From IMG/VR virus record IMGVR_UViG_3300017965_000001, positions 1 through 46,934 of that record: a DNA stretch of 46,934 nucleotides; one strand, 5' to 3'. Positions 34,638 to 43,009 of the stretch are shown one piece after another. How positions within the stretch are numbered: position 1 is the stretch's first letter; the number at the start of each line of letters is the position of its first letter. The position numbers were made by a program, and so were the translations under genes. The DNA is from a virus (Duplodnaviria; Caudoviricetes). The notes below the pieces were generated by a model. The model saw only the letters and a program-made list of their open reading frames with translations, was not told the DNA's origin and searched no databases.

Positions 34638-34921
34638 GGGTGCTTCTGCGACCGCGTGCCGAAGATGACCTCGACGGCATCGCGCTCTACACGCGGCGGG
34701 AATGGGGGCACGCGCAAGCGGTGCAGTACATCGGGCAGCTACGGGCTACGTGCGAGCACGTACTGCCCGAATGTCACCGGCTTGCGCGGCCGCTCGGCGA
34801 GCGACCCGACGTGCTTCGATGGCGCTGCGAGCGGCATGTTATCTACTTTCAGCGCGTACACGACGGGCTCGAGGTCATGCGCATTCTGCACGAGCGCATG
34901 GTCCCGGGTCTGCACTTGTAG
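34634..34921 (+). CDS. parE: ParE-family toxin
   Basis: RAEDDLDGIALYT..WG..QA..Y, RHVIYF, EVMRILHERM; overlaps the antitoxin stop. Confidence 0.9.
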   Translation: MRVLLRPRAEDDLDGIALYTRREWGHAQAVQYIGQLRATCEHVLPECHRLARPLGERPDVLRWRCERHVIYFQRVHDGLEVMRILHERMVPGLHL

Positions 34922-34929
34922 CGACTGGG

Positions 34930-35118
34930 TTAGCCGCCGCTCGGTCGTGCCTTCAATCGGGCAACGAACGCCGCCATCCGTTCAGGGTCTGCGTCGAGTG
35001 CGTCGAGTTCCTTGGTGACGACCTCGACGAGCAGCTCGACGGGGTCGCGGCCGAGCTCGCGTGCGCGCTCGAGCAGTAGACGTTCCGTGTCGGGCTTGAG
35101 GGTGAACGTGTCGGCCAT
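34930..35118 (-). CDS. Small RHH/CopG-like protein
   Basis: TFTLKPDTERLLLERARELGRDPVELLVEVV; GAGG upstream. Confidence 0.5.
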   Translation of the reverse strand: MADTFTLKPDTERLLLERARELGRDPVELLVEVVTKELDALDADPERMAAFVARLKARPSGG

Positions 35119-35126
35119 CGCCCTAG

Positions 35127-35933
35127 CTATTCCTCGGCCGCCTCGACACTCGCGCATCCCGGGCACATGCGATCGAGCACGCGGAAGCAGCACACACACC
35201 GTCGTTGCAGTTTTTCGTTTTGCTCTGCCGATGTTGCCCAACGGCAGTTGCTCGGCTCGTAGTTGCCGTCGCCGTCGATGCGATCGAGAGACGTCCTCTC
35301 TGGGCGTGGCCCCATGTCTGCATAGAAGTTGTCAAATGACGCCAGCCATCGCGTGCAGATTATGATGCCTCGCCCGCCATAGTACGGGTAGGCATGGTGA
35401 TTGCGATTCAGGCACCTACTGCGCATCCCCTGATAGGTGCGATACTCGCGACTTTTGCTCATGCCGTGTGTCGTCACGGGAGCACGGTCGGCGGGCCTGT
35501 AGAGTTTCTTGTCGCGAGCGCATCCGCACGACCTGCGGTTTCCAAGTCGCAACTGCTGTGCGCTAATAACACGCTCTGCACCGCATTCGCAGCGACACAG
35601 CCACAGGCCTTGGCGCGTTCGCTGGCCGTGCGCTTTTGCGATTACGCGATAGAGGCCAAACAATTGGCCGACCTCGATTTTGCCTCCCGTGTGAAGCGGC
35701 AGCTCTATTTGTTGCGAGCTGGCTCGTTTTTCGGCTCGAGCATTCTGCTGGCCCTCGCCGCGGCATCCACACGACTTGCTCAATCCGCCCGTGAGGTTTG
35801 ACTGATAGACGACGCGCTCATTTCGACAGACGCAGCGACAAAGCCACCTAGTCGCGTTCCGTAGAGCCGGAGCAGCCTTTGCAATCACACGATAGTGACC
35901 AAAGACCGAGCCGACCTTGACAGTGGGCGTCAT
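35127..35933 (-). CDS. HNH-type endonuclease with two Cys-rich repeats
   Basis: Two FG.YRVI..WLCRC.C..SCGC repeats; YGGRGI..C..W..F..DMG; SLDRID.DGNYEPSNCRWAT. Confidence 0.85.
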   Translation of the reverse strand: MTPTVKVGSVFGHYRVIAKAAPALRNATRWLCRCVCRNERVVYQSNLTGGLSKSCGCRGEGQQNARAEKRASSQQIELPLHTGGKIEVGQLFGLYRVIAKAHGQRTRQGLWLCRCECGAERVISAQQLRLGNRRSCGCARDKKLYRPADRAPVTTHGMSKSREYRTYQGMRSRCLNRNHHAYPYYGGRGIIICTRWLASFDNFYADMGPRPERTSLDRIDGDGNYEPSNCRWATSAEQNEKLQRRCVCCFRVLDRMCPGCASVEAAEE

Positions 35934-36019
35934 CGCGCTGCTCTCGCGGCGTTCGCAGCGACCCCCATTCGAAAGGAAGGCGGCGCCGGGCTCGTCGTCT
36001 TGCGTTGAAGGGGCCTCAC

Positions 36020-36100
36020 TCGAGTCAGTATTGGCAGCCTGCTCGACCGTCAAGCGCCAAGTGGCTCGGCGCATCTATGCACCGGTGCACCGGTGATCCG
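36020..36100 (-). promoter_or_regulatory. Repeated promoter-like element plus 8-bp array E (36061-36100)
   Basis: TTGACG-17 nt (TGCCAA)-TACTGA; array gtggctcg gcgcatct atgcaccg gtgcaccg gtgatccg (plus strand). Confidence 0.65.
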
Positions 36101-36204
36101 GACCGCTTTTTCTTAAGCCTCTGCGTCCGGGCGTCGAACAGTTCCGCAGGCTTAGCGGTGCAGATCGGAAGGCCCTGAGCGCGAGCACACCCATAGTGTG
36201 GGTG

Positions 36205-36232
36205 AGTTTACATAATGGTTGTTATCGGGCGT
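36205..36232 (-). other. dif-like XerC/XerD recombination site
   Basis: ACGCCCGATAA-CAACCA-TTATGTAAACT: 11-6-11 layout with ATAA/TTAT inner repeat and a XerD-like arm; intergenic. Confidence 0.8.
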
Positions 36233-36295
36233 AAACCCGGAAATCTCAGAAAAGGCGGGATGTCAACGGCGTCACGGCGTTGTCCGCAGTCGCGC

Positions 36296-37048
36296 CTATG
36301 CACCGGCGTGTCTGGTCGCAACCGGTGGCAAAAGATACGTGAGCCGGCCGCGTACGTGCGTACTGTCAACCCACGCCTGCAAGCGCGGCCGCCCCTTGCT
36401 TCGGTCAACGCGGGCGCTCCAAATGTGCACCGGGGGCGTCGCTCGCGGGTCTTCGAGCATGACCAAGACGGCTTCTTCGCGTTGCGGGTCGAACCGTGGC
36501 TCTCTGGTGCGCCGCGGCTCTCCGACTACCTGGCTCGATACCCACACTTCGCTCACTGCGTACAGAGCGACGGCGTGCTCCGCCGAAGCTAAGCCACGCA
36601 CGAGCGCCGGCAGTTCTTTCGCGTTTTCGTAGGTGTCGCCAACGGGCGACGCGAAGACTAGGCCGGCGGGCGTCACAAGGACGAAGAGCGGGGCTTCGAG
36701 CACACGCGCGGCGCGAAACTTGTCGCACGCCCATTGCAGCATGATGGGCACCAACACTTCAGGGTGCTCGCACGGCGACAGGTCGGTCGACGCGACCTCC
36801 GGGTATGGCGCACGGATGCATTGAAAACCGAGCATGCGAGACCTTCGCCCAACCCGGGCGCGGACGCAATCCGGATGCATCACACCTCCGACGACATCGT
36901 CTCGAAGCGCTCGAGACGCTTGCCGCTCAAGCTCGACGACACCGGCGCGCATGCTTTCGCGCAGCTCGGCGCGACGTGGCGTTAGCGTGGTGTTCGTCAC
37001 TTCGGTCGCCTCTCGGCCTTCCGTGGCTTTGCTGCTTCGAGCGCTCAT
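36296..37048 (-). CDS. Hypothetical protein
   Basis: ATG 37048 preceded by TTGACC-18-GACACT; globular C-terminal half with SEVW and DPQREEAVLVMLE. Confidence 0.6.
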   Translation of the reverse strand: MSARSSKATEGREATEVTNTTLTPRRAELRESMRAGVVELERQASRALRDDVVGGVMHPDCVRARVGRRSRMLGFQCIRAPYPEVASTDLSPCEHPEVLVPIMLQWACDKFRAARVLEAPLFVLVTPAGLVFASPVGDTYENAKELPALVRGLASAEHAVALYAVSEVWVSSQVVGEPRRTREPRFDPQREEAVLVMLEDPRATPPVHIWSARVDRSKGRPRLQAWVDSTHVRGRLTYLLPPVATRHAGA

Positions 37049-37093
37049 GAATCTAGTGTCGGCCGAACCATCGACCCGGGTCAATACGTTCCG

Positions 37094-37133
37094 ATGCTCT
37101 TGTGCACCGGTACACCGGTCGCCAGATGCGCCG
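37094..37133. repeat. 8-bp repeat array F upstream of parA, between divergent -35 boxes
   Basis: atgctctt gtgcaccg gtacaccg gtcgccag atgcgccg. Confidence 0.7.
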
Positions 37134-37183
37134 AGCGACAGTAGCATTGACGCTCGCGGGCTCTAGCGCTACGGCTAGTGCCT

Positions 37184-37900
37184 ATGAGCTACACCGTTGC
37201 TATCGCAAACCATAAAGGCGGAGTCGGCAAGACGACTACAGCCGTGTCGCTCGGCGTCGAATGGCGCACGCGCGGCGTGAGCGTGCTGATCGTCGACACT
37301 GACTACCCACAACACCATGTGGTGACGTGGCTTGGTCTCGCGTCTGAGCTGGGCCATCTAGATAACGCGCCAGTGGTGCGAGCGATGCCGGCGGCGGCGC
37401 TCGCGAAGCAGTTGCGGAAGGTCGGCGCCGGCTTCGACCTGGTGATTCTGGACACGCCCCCACGCCAACCCGAAGTGCAAGCGGCCGCCGTCGCGATGGC
37501 GGACCTCGTAGTCGTTCCGACGGGCTCGCAAGCGCAAGAGATGTGGGCTCTTTACGATACGGCCGCGCTTGTGCAGGCTGAGATGAGGCGTCGCCCGGCG
37601 TGCGTCACCGTGGCGCTGCTCACGCGGTGGAAGGGGCAAACCGTGATGGGTCGACATGCCGCGGCCGCGATCGCCGAAGTCGGACTGCCGACGCTCGAAG
37701 CGCGGTGCTGTGACCGCGTCGACTATCCCTATGCGTTTGCGGCCGGGCTCGGCGTCACCGAATACGCGCCGATGAGCGAGGCAGCTCGCGAGGTGCGTGA
37801 GCTCGCCAACGAGCTCGAAGAGCTTGCGGACGGCGGCATACCCAAGCGCGCCGCAGCGTCGACCCGGAAGGGCTTGCGCCCGGTGGAGGTGCGCTCATGA
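37184..37900 (+). CDS. parA: ParA partition ATPase (short, type Ib/ParF-like)
   Basis: NHKGGVGKTT, VLIVDTD, DLVILDTPP, ADLVVVP, AAREVRELA. Confidence 0.92.
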   Translation: MSYTVAIANHKGGVGKTTTAVSLGVEWRTRGVSVLIVDTDYPQHHVVTWLGLASELGHLDNAPVVRAMPAAALAKQLRKVGAGFDLVILDTPPRQPEVQAAAVAMADLVVVPTGSQAQEMWALYDTAALVQAEMRRRPACVTVALLTRWKGQTVMGRHAAAAIAEVGLPTLEARCCDRVDYPYAFAAGLGVTEYAPMSEAAREVRELANELEELADGGIPKRAAASTRKGLRPVEVRS

Positions 37901-38316
37901 AGTCGCGTCCGATGGCATCGCCGCGCTCGGCGCGACAAACAGCAATCCCGGGCTCGGGCGTCGACGACCTGGCGCTCGAGCTCGTCGACAAGCCCACCGG
38001 CGTCAAGGGCTCGGCGCGCGGGCTCGTGCACCGGCGGCGCAAGGCTGAGCTCGACCGGGTCACGAGCTACTTGCCCAAGGCGATCGGCGAGAAGCTGCGC
38101 GCCCATTGCGCGAGCCGTCGTATCGAGATGTCGACCGTCGTCGCGGATGCGCTCGAGCGATTCTTCGGCGGCGGCGCCGCGCTGCTCACCACGGCGACGC
38201 TCGAGCGGCTCGGCGAGCGGGCCGACGCGCTCGACCTGAGCGCATCCGAAGCGGCCGAGACGGCTGCGAAGGAGTGGATTGCGCGTAACGAGCTGGCGTC
38301 GCGCAAGCGACGTTAG
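37897..38316 (+). CDS. Ribbon-helix-helix partition partner (ParG/omega-like)
   Basis: ATGA-coupled to parA; unstructured N-tail, then RVTSYLPKAIGEKLRAHCASRRIEMSTVVADALERF. Confidence 0.72.
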   Translation: MKSRPMASPRSARQTAIPGSGVDDLALELVDKPTGVKGSARGLVHRRRKAELDRVTSYLPKAIGEKLRAHCASRRIEMSTVVADALERFFGGGAALLTTATLERLGERADALDLSASEAAETAAKEWIARNELASRKRR

Positions 38317-38381
38317 GCGGCTGTATCCGGCGGTGTAGAGCCCCTGGACTCGGGCCGGGCGGCGCTTATGTCCGACGTGTG

Positions 38382-38437
38382 GTATACCAGTGCACCGAAG
38401 CATCGATGCACTGGCGCACCGATGCTTCGGTAGACTG
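38382..38437. repeat. 8-bp repeat array G downstream of the par operon
   Basis: gtatacca gtgcaccg aagcatcg atgcactg gcgcaccg atgcttcg gtagactg. Confidence 0.75.
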
Positions 38438-38448
38438 ATGGGTGCCCG

Positions 38449-38775
38449 ATGGAACTCACGATTGAGCAGCTCGAGCGGCGCGGTGTGCAGTGCGAGGGGC
38501 TCGAGATTCGCCGATGGCGGCATCTGCAGCGGCTGCCGAGCGGCCGGCGCATGCGTCTGTGCGACCTGGCGCGGCTCGCCGGCTGCACGGTCGACACGCT
38601 GTCGATGGTCGAGCGCGGCGTGCAGCGTCCCGGGGCGCGGCTGCGGGCTCGACTGTGGGCCGTGATTATCGCGAGCTCGGCCGATGGCGGCAAGCTCCGG
38701 CCGCTCGCCAAGTGCTCGCCGGCGGCGGTCGAGCCCGGCAGCGGTGCGCAGCTGGGGCTCCCGTTGGTAGGGTAG
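38449..38775 (+). CDS. Xre-like HTH protein
   Basis: MRLCDLARLAGCTVDTLSMVERGVQRP. Confidence 0.7.
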   Translation: MELTIEQLERRGVQCEGLEIRRWRHLQRLPSGRRMRLCDLARLAGCTVDTLSMVERGVQRPGARLRARLWAVIIASSADGGKLRPLAKCSPAAVEPGSGAQLGLPLVG

Positions 38776-38779
38776 GGCG

Positions 38780-39064
38780 ATGAGCGCGACGCTTAGCTTT
38801 CCGCTGCCCTACGGCCGGTCACTGTTGCTCGACGCGCTGCCGAAGCTGCGGCGCGGCGAGGTCGAGCGGCGGTGGTTGGTGCTCGGTCGCATGCCGTCGC
38901 CGCGCGGTGTGCGGCCTACGCTCGCGGCCGGCGCGCTGCGCGTAGTCGACGGGCGCATGACGGTGGACCGTGGGTGTGCGTCGCTCGAGCTGCTCGAGCA
39001 TCTTCGGTGCGTGCTCGAAGGTGCGCCGACGGCGAGCGCTAGCCGGCCGCCGCATACACGATGA
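38780..39064 (+). CDS. Hypothetical protein
   Basis: Starts 4 nt after the previous stop. Confidence 0.45.
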   Translation: MSATLSFPLPYGRSLLLDALPKLRRGEVERRWLVLGRMPSPRGVRPTLAAGALRVVDGRMTVDRGCASLELLEHLRCVLEGAPTASASRPPHTR

Positions 39065-39542
39065 CGTAGCGCGTCACCTGGCGACTGCGGCTGCCGGTCG
39101 CGCGTACGCGTCGAATGTGCGCCGGCGCGCGCGTCGGGTGACACCAGTGGCTGCACTCGAATGAATAGCGGTACCCTGCGGCGCGCAGCTCGGCGTCGGC
39201 TTCGATGTAGCTGGCGTGCGTATCACCATCGGACGCGAGCGGGCATGATGACGGCTCCATTCGACCGAGCATTGCTGCTAGCGCGGCCGCATGTCCAGCG
39301 GATATGGCCACTAGGCCAAGTGAGTTTTTGGGTCCAATGTCTGGCGATTTCGCACGGTGTGCGCCGTCTGGTGCCTTGCGGGCTCTAGCGGCCGGGCTAT
39401 AGCTCGCGGAGCGTCTATCTGTCGGCGCAACTCGTGCGCGTGTGGTCGCGCGGGGGCTTCGCGGGTGAGCTCGTCGTGAGCCGGGGCGACGGGGCGCGGG
39501 TGTGCTGCGTGATGATGCAACTCGAGGCTGACGACGGCTGAA

Positions 39543-40700
39543 TCAGTCGAAAACGGGCGGGGACGGATTCACGGGCCTCACCTCGAGTATCACAGCGCCG
39601 TCCGAACCCCTGCCGCCTGCACCGCCTGCACCGCCACGACCCGCTACGAATCCCGATGGTGCACCGCCACCGCCGCCGCCGCCCGCACCGCCGCCGCCGC
39701 CGCGGCCCATGCTGCCGGACTGACCGTCACCACCAGGCAAGCCGTCATTACCGTTAGCACCCGCCACTGCGCCCAGACCGCCCGTCCCGCCTGCGCCGCC
39801 GTTGCCTGAGCCGGGGCCGGTCTGCGGTGGGAAGGCGCCGAGTAATCGGGACTCCCAACCGTAGAAGGATGGGATCCCGTTGGCGCCCGCGCCACCGCCA
39901 CCACCGCCACCGGCGCCGCCACCCGTCCCGCCTGATTGCTGCGCCGCGGTGATAACCCAGTCGGGCGCGCCAAGCCCTTGTGACGTGGTCAAGGTCGGAA
40001 AGACGACCTTAATGCTGGCGAGCCCGTTCGCTACGCCAGTGCCACCCGCGCCGCCGTTGTTGGCTGCCAGTGCGTGCGTTTGTGGGTAGGGCCAGTGAGC
40101 GCTGAAGTTCACGCCGATCGTCGAGGTGGAACCCGCTCCACCAGATGCGCCGCCCGTGCTGCCGCCCGGCGTCGCAGCGGCTTGGTTGTTGACCGGCGGA
40201 CCTGTCATCACCACTAACCCCGCGGGTGCAGTTACGCTTGATGGCAACCCCGCTACGGAGGATGTGCTTGCCGACCCCGCCGCGCCCGCGTTGCCGCCCG
40301 CACCGCCCGCGGAACCAGTTCCACCAGCCCCCACCACGATCGTAAGCGATTCCCCCGCCGCGAGCGTTACGGGGGCGTTCACTAACGAACAGGACCCGCC
40401 TGGCCCACCGCGACCACCACCACCGCCGCCCGAGGTGTTGGGCGAGGTTGCGCCGCCGCCTCCGCCCGAACCGCCCGAACCGCCGCCCGCACCGGGCGCA
40501 ATCCATATCCCTGTCACGATGTAATCGGTTGGCACTACATACGAATACGTACCGGCTACCAAATAGCCCACCCTAAAACCGCCCCCGCCTCCCGACCCCG
40601 GTATGCCCTGCGGCCCTTGCGGGCCCGGCTCGCCTTGCGGGCCCGGCGGACCCATGGGGCCTTCGGTAGCCGGCGGATTATAGAGCGGCATGTTATGCAA
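39543..40700 (-). CDS. Collagen-like, glycine-rich tail accessory / adhesin protein
   Basis: Gly-X-Y run, GAGGGSGG loops, C-terminal GRGSDGAVIL. Confidence 0.75.
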   Translation of the reverse strand: MHNMPLYNPPATEGPMGPPGPQGEPGPQGPQGIPGSGGGGGFRVGYLVAGTYSYVVPTDYIVTGIWIAPGAGGGSGGSGGGGGATSPNTSGGGGGGRGGPGGSCSLVNAPVTLAAGESLTIVVGAGGTGSAGGAGGNAGAAGSASTSSVAGLPSSVTAPAGLVVMTGPPVNNQAAATPGGSTGGASGGAGSTSTIGVNFSAHWPYPQTHALAANNGGAGGTGVANGLASIKVVFPTLTTSQGLGAPDWVITAAQQSGGTGGGAGGGGGGGAGANGIPSFYGWESRLLGAFPPQTGPGSGNGGAGGTGGLGAVAGANGNDGLPGGDGQSGSMGRGGGGGAGGGGGGGAPSGFVAGRGGAGGAGGRGSDGAVILEVRPVNPSPPVFD

Positions 40701-41676
40701 CCTCCGTGACTAGCGCGGCACCCACTGCCGAGGCCCATGCGCCAGTGATGATCCCGGTGTAACCGTACGGCGTCTCATAGTAGGAGCCAGCTGGCACCAG
40801 GCACGTGTAGCTGGTGGCTGAAGCGGCGCTGCCTAACTTCAAGTACAGCGCTGACGCGGAGTCGTTCTGCACCGTCGAACCCCTGCGTAGCGCGTTGCTA
40901 GCGAGCAGCGTAACGCTAGTGACCGACGCCGCAACGCTGGCGACAGACGCCGCGGCAGGCCCAGCTGGTGAAGCTGGTAGATTCGACACAGTGACCGTGC
41001 CGTCGACGGCAACGGCACCCGAAGGGGTCACCTTGACATCGACATATCCGCCGCCGCCCTGCGTCGTTCTGCCTGTGATAACGGATTTTACGGTCGTCGC
41101 ATCGGCTTCGGGGCTGGTGACATCTGAAATTCGTGTCGTGCCGGTCCGTACCACCGTGTAATGCAGGATGGTCTGTATGTGGAACGTAGTCTGTGCCGTG
41201 CCACCGTTCGTGAAAACGACGCGGAAATACGCAGCTCGCGGTCCGACCGTATAGGAGCCTGCAATGCTCGGCAGCAGCGTAAATGCCAGCGTTTCACTCC
41301 ACACCACGCCGTCCGTGGACCACTGCATTTTCAGCCCGTCAACGGCTGAGCCCACGTTCGCAAACACATGCACGCCGATCGCTGCGTAGTCTTGCACGAA
41401 CACCGCGGCGCCCGTGAAAACACCCCCGCCGGGCAACGGCGTCGCGGTGCTGTTGCCTGTATCTGCCACGGACGGCACCGATATCCGCAACGGCATGCCG
41501 CCGTCTGAGATCTTCACTCGGCCATCGGCTTCCGTAGCGATGAACTGCGCGTGGTTGGTCCCGTCCACGCCCGCGATGAGCTCGGCCGCTTCGGTGCCGG
41601 TTAGCAGCGCGCCATCCACCACCGCTGTGGTGGTCGTCCCGGGTGGTATATCGATCTGCTTCAGCTTGATAGGCAT
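40693..41676 (-). CDS. Putative virion structural protein (beta-rich)
   Basis: Co-oriented with tail genes; NSTATPL..FTG and LLASNALRRG..VQNDS..LYLKLG..YYETP modules. Confidence 0.65.
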   Translation of the reverse strand: MPIKLKQIDIPPGTTTTAVVDGALLTGTEAAELIAGVDGTNHAQFIATEADGRVKISDGGMPLRISVPSVADTGNSTATPLPGGGVFTGAAVFVQDYAAIGVHVFANVGSAVDGLKMQWSTDGVVWSETLAFTLLPSIAGSYTVGPRAAYFRVVFTNGGTAQTTFHIQTILHYTVVRTGTTRISDVTSPEADATTVKSVITGRTTQGGGGYVDVKVTPSGAVAVDGTVTVSNLPASPAGPAAASVASVAASVTSVTLLASNALRRGSTVQNDSASALYLKLGSAASATSYTCLVPAGSYYETPYGYTGIITGAWASAVGAALVTEVA

Positions 41677-41683
41677 AGCGTGC

Positions 41684-42172
41684 TCACGGCGTCGCGAGTG
41701 TTAGGTATGTAATCACATCAGTGGTATCGAGGCTAAACGGGAGCCCGCTGCCCTGGTACAGCAAGTCGCCCGCTGTCAGGTTCGCGATCGCCCGGGGGGT
41801 GGTGCCAGCATCCGCCGAAAAGTAAAAATCGCTTGTCCGCAGCGCATCCCCAATCGCATACGCCACACCGTTTACAAACACGTGCAGGTACCCGTCTGCA
41901 GCGGGGGTCACAGCAAGCGGCGTTGCACATGCCAGCATGTACGGCGCACTGGTGACCGCCGCTGTCATGTTTTTGTTGGACAGAGGAATCGCCACGCTAC
42001 CGCCGCCGCCCGTGCCCGGCTCGCCTTGTGGACCCTGCGGGCCCACGTCGCCTTGTGGCCCTTCGGGTCCGACCGGCCCGGGGTCACCCTGCGGGCCCGC
42101 TGGCCCGGCCGGACCGGGGCTGCCGGCGGGTGACACAACGACTGTTAGTTCGCAGAACTCGTCGGCGGCCAT
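41684..42172 (-). CDS. Collagen-like virion protein
   Basis: About 12 Gly-X-Y triplets; VFVNGV, LDTTDVI. Confidence 0.7.
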   Translation of the reverse strand: MAADEFCELTVVVSPAGSPGPAGPAGPQGDPGPVGPEGPQGDVGPQGPQGEPGTGGGGSVAIPLSNKNMTAAVTSAPYMLACATPLAVTPAADGYLHVFVNGVAYAIGDALRTSDFYFSADAGTTPRAIANLTAGDLLYQGSGLPFSLDTTDVITYLTLATP

Positions 42173-42181
42173 TGCATCACC

Positions 42182-43000
42182 TCACGCTGGAAACCAAGAC
42201 CCGTAGGGGTATTGACGTATGAAGTCGAGCTCGACCCACGAGTACCGCGCGGGCGCGGTGAGCACCTCGAAACCCGCGTAGCTCGGCGTCGCCGAAAGCA
42301 TGTTCACCGGTGCAAGGTCGAGCCACGTGATGCGGCCCGACGTAGCGTCGACGACGGCGTTACGCCAATCCCAAGACGCACCCGGGTGTTGCACTTCGAG
42401 CATGAAGACCTGTTGCGAAATCCCCGCGGGCGGCACCGCTTGGCGCTCCGTGTACCAGAACTGGTTTTCGTACATGGTCGCGTAGACGTGTTTGCCCCAC
42501 GCGTATCCAGACGTCACGCGCTCGCACGTGGCGTTGAGCGCGGTGTTGTATGTTGTCAGCTGTAGCGTGACGTAGTGATTTGCGCTCACGAGCGGGTCAC
42601 CCAGCCGAGCTGCGACCTGCAGCGGTGCGGTGACGGGCTTGAGCACCATCATCCCGCTCGTCGCCTGCACGCGGAGCACGCCGCCGACCAGCGTCGAGTT
42701 ATATTGCGAGCCGGTGAGCGTGGGTACCTGCGTCGTGACGTCGCCTAAGCGGGTCATAGCGACGCCGCTGACAGAGTTGAAAGTTTGCCATCCGCGCGCT
42801 TCGAGTGCTGGCGAACCGCTGTCGAACTCGTCATTGAACGGAGCTGGCACGAGCGGCGGCGTGAGATATGGCGACAGTATGCCCCCCGTGCCCGCTGGGC
42901 CGGTTGCGCCCGGCGGGCCCGCTGGGCCGGTCGGCCCGATTGGCCCGGGGCTTCCCGCGGGTTGAGCCGAGACGGTGACCGTGCATCGTTGACTCGCCAT
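42182..43000 (-). CDS. Collagen-like protein with a beta-sandwich (lectin-like) C-terminal domain
   Basis: Gly-X-Y run; FNDEFD..W at the domain start and ELDFIRQY at the end. Confidence 0.65.
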   Translation of the reverse strand: MASQRCTVTVSAQPAGSPGPIGPTGPAGPPGATGPAGTGGILSPYLTPPLVPAPFNDEFDSGSPALEARGWQTFNSVSGVAMTRLGDVTTQVPTLTGSQYNSTLVGGVLRVQATSGMMVLKPVTAPLQVAARLGDPLVSANHYVTLQLTTYNTALNATCERVTSGYAWGKHVYATMYENQFWYTERQAVPPAGISQQVFMLEVQHPGASWDWRNAVVDATSGRITWLDLAPVNMLSATPSYAGFEVLTAPARYSWVELDFIRQYPYGSWFPA

Positions 43001-43009
43001 GTGTTTACC

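Noticed and set aside
39064-39540. Short ORFs or an RNA gene in the convergence zone
   Set aside because: Competing short frames with no motifs; no tRNA or known ncRNA pattern recognised here or elsewhere in the window.
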